Part shown: piece by piece, positions 57,883 to 64,000 of the stretch | How positions within the stretch are numbered: the stretch's first letter is position 1 | Layout of the letters: each line of letters starts with the position of its first letter | DNA from: Escherichia coli | Lineage (GTDB): Bacteria > Pseudomonadota > Gammaproteobacteria > Enterobacterales > Enterobacteriaceae | Strand: one strand, 5' to 3' | DNA: 64,000 bases | NCBI RefSeq assembly: GCF_044324875.1 | Contig: NZ_CP172185.1 | The notes under the pieces: generated by a model | The model's database searches: none | Seen by the model: the letters and a program-made list of their open reading frames with translations, nothing else | Told to the model about the DNA's origin: nothing | Program-made: the position numbers and the translations under genes

Positions 57883-57908
57883 GCCCCAGCTTCATAAGGA
57901 AAATAATC

Positions 57909-58742
57909 ATGCAGCGCTTATTTCTTTTGGTTGCCGTCATGTTACTGAGCGGATGCTTAACCGCCCCGCCTAAAGAAGCCGCCAGACCGACATTAATGCC
58001 TCGTGCTCAGAGCTACAAAGATTTGACCCATCTGCCTGCGCCGACGGGTAAGATCTTTGTTTCGGTATACAACATTCAGGACGAAACCGGGCAATTTAAA
58101 CCCTACCCGGCAAGTAACTTCTCCACTGCTGTTCCGCAAAGCGCCACGGCAATGCTGGTCACGGCATTGAAAGATTCTCGCTGGTTTATACCGCTGGAGC
58201 GTCAGGGCTTACAAAACCTTCTTAACGAGCGCAAGATTATTCGGGCGGCACAAGAAAACGGCACAGTTGCCATTAATAACCGAATCCCGCTGCAATCTTT
58301 AACGGCGGCAAATATCATGGTTGAAGGTTCGATTATCGGTTATGAAAGCAACGTTAAATCGGGCGGTGTTGGGGCAAGATATTTTGGGATCGGTGCCGAC
58401 ACGCAATACCAGCTCGATCAGATTGCCGTGAACCTGCGTGTCGTCAATGTGAGTACCGGTGAGATCCTCTCCTCGGTGAACACCAGTAAGACGATACTTT
58501 CCTATGAAGTTCAGGCCGGGGTTTTCCGCTTTATTGACTACCAGCGCTTGCTGGAAGGGGAAGTGGGTTACACCTCGAACGAACCCGTTATGCTGTGCCT
58601 GATGTCGGCTATCGAAACAGGCGTCATTTTCCTGATTAATGATGGTATCGACCGCGGTCTTTGGGATTTGCAGAACAAAGCAGAACGGCAGAATGACATT
58701 CTGGTGAAATACCGCCATATGTCGGTTCCACCGGAATCCTGA
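57909..58742 (+). CDS. csgG: Curli secretion channel lipoprotein
   Basis: 277-aa ORF with lipobox LSGC. Confidence 0.96.
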   Translation: MQRLFLLVAVMLLSGCLTAPPKEAARPTLMPRAQSYKDLTHLPAPTGKIFVSVYNIQDETGQFKPYPASNFSTAVPQSATAMLVTALKDSRWFIPLERQGLQNLLNERKIIRAAQENGTVAINNRIPLQSLTAANIMVEGSIIGYESNVKSGGVGARYFGIGADTQYQLDQIAVNLRVVNVSTGEILSSVNTSKTILSYEVQAGVFRFIDYQRLLEGEVGYTSNEPVMLCLMSAIETGVIFLINDGIDRGLWDLQNKAERQNDILVKYRHMSVPPES

Positions 58743-58747
58743 TAGAT

Positions 58748-58776
58748 AAAAATGCCGGAATTATCATCCGGCATTT
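58748..58776. terminator. Bidirectional hairpin terminator between csgG and ycdZ
   Basis: aaaatgccgga-attatca-tccggcatttt, symmetric hairpin with A/T runs on both sides. Confidence 0.65.
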
Positions 58777-58805
58777 TACTGTTTAAGCGAAAGCGTGAGT
58801 GCCCC

Positions 58806-59297
58806 TCACGCTTTATTTTTGATTTGCTGCTCACGGTGAGCGGTCTTCGTACTACGCGCCGCCAGCCACAGGCCGCTGTTTTTCATTGCGTAACCAAATA
58901 CCAGTCCAAGCGCCAGCGAAGGTAACACCAGTTTCCAGTCACCCTGCCCGGCAAACGTCGCGCATGCGCCTATAAACGTCCCCGGAACAAATGAAAGCAA
59001 CAGCTGTTTCGCCTGAATACACATCAGAAACGCGACAATACCGGTTATGACATAACCGAGAATTTCCAGATGTGGTGCCAGTGCACTACCGTAAATAATG
59101 ACCATCGCCCACACCACGCCACTAAGCAGGGTTGCAGCGGAGATCGCCAGCCCTTTCAGCCCACCTTGCGGGCAGGCAAAGTAGGCCGTACAGCCCAGGA
59201 AGCCCGCCCAGCTTAGTAAGCCCAGGGAAACAGCCACCCATCCCCAGATACCGGAGAGAATGCCTGTTGTGATTGCAATAGAGAGAAGTATGTTCAT
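58806..59297 (-). CDS. ycdZ: DUF1097 inner membrane protein YcdZ
   Basis: ORF 58806..59345 trimmed to MNILLSIAITTG.. (163 aa); polytopic membrane protein. Confidence 0.88.
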   Translation of the reverse strand: MNILLSIAITTGILSGIWGWVAVSLGLLSWAGFLGCTAYFACPQGGLKGLAISAATLLSGVVWAMVIIYGSALAPHLEILGYVITGIVAFLMCIQAKQLLLSFVPGTFIGACATFAGQGDWKLVLPSLALGLVFGYAMKNSGLWLAARSTKTAHREQQIKNKA

Positions 59298-59398
59298 GCC
59301 GCGCATGATAGCAGAAAACGCGGCCATGAATGAGATCGAGCACACATTTTATGCAACAACAAATTATCTGTTGCAGTTATGAGTGATGCAGATCACAT

Positions 59399-59953
59399 TT
59401 ACTCTTCAGAATCTTCTTCCAGCTCGTCCCACATTGCACTAATAGCATCGCGGGTTAGCGGTGCCATGGTGCGCCAGAAAGGCGTAGTTGCATGGGCCTC
59501 CACTTTGCCAAGGAACGCACCACACCAGGGTAACAGATACTCACTGAACAGTGTTTCCAGTGCTTCGCTCTCATCTTCCGTTGACTGATCTTCCAGCCAG
59601 GAAGCCGCGAGCAGCAATGTGCCGATGTGATCGGCTGGCGTATCCGCTAATGGCATCCCCCGTTCGGAAAGAAAAGCGCGCACTTCCGCTTCCGTCGCGC
59701 CCTCAACCCATGCGCTACGATATGGCGGCACAGCACATTCATCGCCGATAAACAACGCATTGTAATCGGCAGAGACTTGCGCCATATCACAGCTTTTCTG
59801 TAAACGCGTCAGTAACTCATCCTGCTCCAGTGGCCAGTTCGCAGCCAGTTTCCCCTCACGAATCAGGGTAAACAGCGGCACCAGTAAAGGATCTTGCGGT
59901 TGGCGGTAATAGAGCGAACCCAGCACACGACAGAGGATAGAAAACTCGTTCAT
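59399..59953 (-). CDS. ycdY: TorD-family redox enzyme maturation chaperone YcdY
   Basis: 184-aa ORF; paired with ycdX as in E. coli. Confidence 0.9.
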   Translation of the reverse strand: MNEFSILCRVLGSLYYRQPQDPLLVPLFTLIREGKLAANWPLEQDELLTRLQKSCDMAQVSADYNALFIGDECAVPPYRSAWVEGATEAEVRAFLSERGMPLADTPADHIGTLLLAASWLEDQSTEDESEALETLFSEYLLPWCGAFLGKVEAHATTPFWRTMAPLTRDAISAMWDELEEDSEE

Positions 59954-59976
59954 TAATATATTTCCATTACTAGTAA

Positions 59977-60714
59977 TTAAAGGTCTGCAAATTCCGCAAT
60001 CGGTGCCATACCGCGAGATTCAAGGAAGTTCAGTAAGCGGCGCGGAGAAACATTCAAAATGCGCTCTGGCGGAAAATCTACCGCGTCGAGGATTTTAAGA
60101 CACTCTTCAAATTCACCCATGGTAAACGCGGTGTGAGAATCCGAACCTAATGCCACCCAACCTCCAGCGTCACGTACCGCTGCGGCTACCGCACGACAGT
60201 TGTCTTCACTGCCCTTACGTGAGTGTAAAAATGAGGAATTATTGATTTCCAGCGCCACCTGATGTTTCGCAGCTGCTTCAGCAACGGCTTTAACATCTAT
60301 TTCATATTTCGGATTTCCGGGATGGCTTATTATATGCACATTGCCGCTGGCGATAGTGGCGATCATCGCTTGCGTATTAGTCGCTTTGTCATGCGGCGCA
60401 AACACCGGCTCATGAAAACCGGCAATAATCAGATCCAGCGAATCAAACATTTTGCCACTGCAGTCAATTTCACCGTCAACATTTTTAATGTTAGCTTCGA
60501 TGCCGCGCAGGATCCCAACCCCATCAACCACTCGCGGCCAGATACGCATGTTAATGAAGTGCCAGTGATGCGGCGCATCTTCCATATCCGGGCCATGATC
60601 GGTGATCGCAAAAAGTTTAATGCCCTTTTGTTTGGCCTGGGCAATGTAATCACTCAATGTGCTATATGCATGCGTGCTGGCAACGGTATGCATATGAAGG
60701 TCGACGGGATACAT
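59977..60714 (-). CDS. ycdX: PHP-family zinc phosphatase YcdX
   Basis: 245-aa ORF with PHP His motifs ([10 protein letters not shown].. HPGNP..). Confidence 0.93.
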
Positions 60715-60768
60715 AACTCTCTCCTGTATTCAATTCCCGCCAAGGATAGCAGGAAACCTGATGCTTTA

Positions 60769-61746
<978 letters not shown>

Positions 61747-61940
61747 TTATCGTTATGATCTACAAAGACCACCAGCATAACAAATCCGTGGTCGGTGGCA
61801 AAAAAAGCAGATTTCGCTTATTAAAACTGCATATTGATTGAAGTTTGAATAAACGCGCGATTTTTTAAAAAAGTTTGTTGACCTCAGGTCATGATTTCCC
61901 TAAATTAGCGCCCGTTCCAGCAAGACAGGAACGACAATTT

Positions 61941-62028
61941 GGTGAGGTGTCCGAGTGGCTGAAGGAGCACGCCTGGAAAGTGTGTATACGGCAACGTATC
62001 GGGGGTTCGAATCCCCCCCTCACCGCCA
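61941..62028 (+). tRNA. serX: tRNA-Ser (anticodon GGA)
   Basis: 88-nt sequence GGTGAGGTGTCCGAGTGGCTGAAGGAGCACGCCTGGAAAGTGTGTATACGGCAACGTATCGGGGGTTCGAATCCCCCCCTCACCGCCA with long variable arm and encoded CCA. Confidence 0.97.
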
Positions 62029-62036
62029 GATATTGA

Positions 62037-62069
62037 GCGCATGTTATTGTTTAACATGCGCTTTTTTTT
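62037..62069 (+). terminator. Rho-independent terminator of serX
   Basis: Hairpin gcgcatgtta-ttgtt-taacatgcgc followed by T8. Confidence 0.8.
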
Positions 62070-62180
62070 ATTTTTCCTTCCAGGCAGTATGCCACAGGGT
62101 ATGCCATCTGAAACCGGTTTGTATGAGCCTCGATCACATCTTATCAGACAATTTCCGATCTTTGAGCATACAGGGCAAAG

Positions 62181-63023
62181 CTATACTGCCAGCATGTCAG
62201 GATAGTGTCTGACGATAATATCATTCAGTCTGTCAACCAGTTCCGGTTTCCTGAACGTGATATGCGCGGAGCCTTTCCTGAAGTATCTGATGCTGAACAT
62301 CTCATCCTCATAGCATGCTTCACCCTGAACGGACCGGATGTGCTCATCCAGACGAATGAGGATATTGTCCCGGTCAGTGGGTATGGGTTTACCGCTGAAC
62401 AGATACAGTATCCTTTCCAGGTCGGCAAGCCGCCCGGCCTGCGGACCATGGTTCAGACCAAATCCCCACCAGTCCCATTTCACCAGGTTGTTGAGGATAA
62501 TCTTACTGCCGAATTTACAGGGTGACCCGCTGTTGTGCGTCCGGCTCAGTCCTCTGAAGAGGTTGATGACGCCCCGTTCAGCCATTTCATCCCTGTTACG
62601 GTGCAGTTGTTCAGACGTACTCAGGATATTCGCTTCGCTGATTTCCGGAAAATTATCCTCCTCCAGTGAACGGTACCATTCATCACGCGCCTGTGCATCC
62701 ATCAGACTCAGCATCCCGGAGCGTTGCATCAGGTCACGCCAGATTTCACGGTCAAGGTTCCGGGTGATGGCTTTCATTGCGGTTTCCGGTTTTTCCATCA
62801 GCCAGCAGCCACAGCGAAAATCCTGTTTCACGGCCCAGTCCCGGGCCGTTTTACCTCCGATGCTTTCTGTCATTACTGAGATTTCTGCCAGTTGCCGGAT
62901 AAGCCTTTCGGTTTGTTGCAGTGCTTCATTCCGTACCGTCACAACGTGCCGGATACTGGTTGAGCAGATAACGTCCGTATGTCCGTTAAGCGTTTCCGGA
63001 CGGGAGACTGTGATATCAGACAT
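62181..63023 (-). CDS. Uncharacterised island protein, DUF4942-like
   Basis: 280-aa ORF; family assignment from memory of proteins found downstream of cbtA in CP4-type islands, not from a search. Confidence 0.7.
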   Translation of the reverse strand: MSDITVSRPETLNGHTDVICSTSIRHVVTVRNEALQQTERLIRQLAEISVMTESIGGKTARDWAVKQDFRCGCWLMEKPETAMKAITRNLDREIWRDLMQRSGMLSLMDAQARDEWYRSLEEDNFPEISEANILSTSEQLHRNRDEMAERGVINLFRGLSRTHNSGSPCKFGSKIILNNLVKWDWWGFGLNHGPQAGRLADLERILYLFSGKPIPTDRDNILIRLDEHIRSVQGEACYEDEMFSIRYFRKGSAHITFRKPELVDRLNDIIVRHYPDMLAV

Positions 63024-63119
63024 AACCGATATTCCTTTTTGCAGATAAATGAAAACGCCAGCCGTATTCGGACTGGCGTCAGTGGAATGAATCGTGGTGA
63101 GTGAGATGATGAGTGAGAC

Positions 63120-63317
63120 TCACAGGTTCTGGTGCTGAAGCTGCAGCTGGCGCAGGGTGCGGATATCCTCCCTGGCCTGTTCGATACAGGGCAACAGTGC
63201 TGCCGAATCCGTTTTATCCTCATCGTTGTCGAAGATAATGCAGGAGCCGCAGTCGATATTGTCCTGCAGCCACGCAATCAGAATATCCGGTGCTGTTTCT
63301 GTGGTTAATGATTTCAT
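63120..63317 (-). CDS. Small uncharacterised island protein (65 aa) with CxxC motif
   Basis: 3' portion of ORF-track entry 63120..63704, starting at internal Met (MKSLTTETAPDILIAWLQDNIDCGSC..), 20 nt downstream of the preceding gene stop; upstream part of that ORF overlaps the better-supported gene in another frame. Confidence 0.5.
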   Translation of the reverse strand: MKSLTTETAPDILIAWLQDNIDCGSCIIFDNDEDKTDSAALLPCIEQAREDIRTLRQLQLQHQNL

Positions 63318-63336
63318 ACGGTGTCTTTTGTCCCGG

Positions 63337-63825
63337 TTACCAGTCGAAAGTGGGAAAACCCGGCAGACATTCAGCGCCGGCATCCAGATGAATGAGACTG
63401 ACGCCATAACGCCGGATGAGAGTGACAACCAGACGACGAAACGTTTTTGACAGACCCAGGCGTTTAAGCCGCAGAGCCGGGTACGACCACGCATCAGTAC
63501 GTAACAGATATCCGCTGCCTGTAAAATGAATCCATTCTGATTCGCCGTTGTCATTCGTCTGATGCGACAGCGAGTACAGCCAGGCATTGTCCTGCTCCGT
63601 GATATGTGCGGTACTGCAGCGTATGCCGGTAAGGGCCGCAAATGGTGGCATGCAGTCTGCTGAGGTCCGGTCAGATTCATCAGCAACACGAAGGGAACAG
63701 CCATTATCGCAGACCACGTTAATCAGTTCAGCGAGATTAACACCATCGACGTCAGCGACAATGCGCCCCATGTTCAGTGCCTGTACGTTAACGCTGTCGG
63801 CTTCCAGTGTCAGGGACAGTTTCAT
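63337..63825 (-). CDS. Uncharacterised protein downstream of cbtA (YeeW-like position)
   Basis: 162-aa ORF whose ATG overlaps the cbtA stop in an ATGA junction, implying translational coupling with the toxin gene. Confidence 0.75.
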   Translation of the reverse strand: MKLSLTLEADSVNVQALNMGRIVADVDGVNLAELINVVCDNGCSLRVADESDRTSADCMPPFAALTGIRCSTAHITEQDNAWLYSLSHQTNDNGESEWIHFTGSGYLLRTDAWSYPALRLKRLGLSKTFRRLVVTLIRRYGVSLIHLDAGAECLPGFPTFDW

Positions 63826-64000
63826 GGTTTCACCTCACAGTGTTTACCCAGGGTGATGTTGTTCACCATTCTGTAGTGGCTGCGGGTCATCAGGCCGGTC
63901 GCCCGGCGGGCCCGGAGAATATCAATGCTGCTGATTAACTGCGATGAAGCTCCTGCGCTGAATCCCGGCTGGTCGGTACGCACCAGCGCGTATTTTTCCA
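63822..64000 (-). CDS. cbtA: Type IV toxin-antitoxin system toxin, CbtA/YeeV family, 3' end only (gene starts beyond window)
   Basis: Hand translation of reverse strand gives ..EKYALVRTDQPGFSAGASSQLISSIDILRARRATGLMTRSHYRMVNNITLGKHCEVKP-stop, closely matching the C-terminus of YeeV/CbtA-family toxins. Confidence 0.85.
   Translation of the reverse strand, partial: EKYALVRTDQPGFSAGASSQLISSIDILRARRATGLMTRSHYRMVNNITLGKHCEVKP

Larger units (their letters stand above)
62070..64000. mobile_element. Distal end of a CP4-44-like cryptic prophage/genomic island adjacent to serX (continues beyond window)
   Basis: Gene content switches from core genes to island-type cargo (DUF4942-like ORF, small ORFs, CbtA-family toxin); K-12 carries a different gene (ycdU) at this position; no integrase or att repeat within window. 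Confidence 0.65.

Noticed and set aside
62083-62190. 8-bp inverted repeat (ggcagtat / atactgcc) flanking the serX-island junction, considered as a possible att or transposon end
   Set aside because: Only 8 bp long, expected by chance in ~100 bp; the second copy lies inside the 3' end of the DUF4942-like CDS; no extension of the match and no direct repeat of the tRNA 3' end.
63587-63856. 89-aa plus-strand ORF spanning the cbtA / downstream-gene junction
   Set aside because: Antisense to two minus-strand genes that are supported by family similarity and an ATGA coupling junction; Ser/Ala/Arg-rich shadow ORF.

Overview
This window is an enterobacterial chromosomal segment of the Escherichia coli type, colinear with the K-12 region running from fhuE/ptsG through the fab cluster, rne, the flgN-flgL flagellar region, pyrC, lpxL, the opg (mdo) genes and the curli csg locus to tRNA-Ser serX, shown here inverted relative to K-12 numbering. 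All identifications are from reading the six-frame translations and the DNA by eye against remembered protein families; no database search was run. Nearly every long ORF is a well-described core gene, and I found no convincing new multi-gene system in the core part. Two things stand out. First, mdtG is split by a frameshift, apparently a ~23-nt deletion. Second, the last ~2 kb past serX is accessory DNA: the distal end of a CP4-44-like cryptic island with a DUF4942-like ORF, two small uncharacterised ORFs and the 3' end of a CbtA-family type IV toxin gene that runs off the window. The uncharacterised ORFs in that island are the best candidates for follow-up. Regulatory sites listed (sigma-28 promoters, LexA box, PurR box, REP/BIME repeats, terminators) were read directly from the sequence and match known elements. 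No rRNA, CRISPR array, IS element or integrase was seen.
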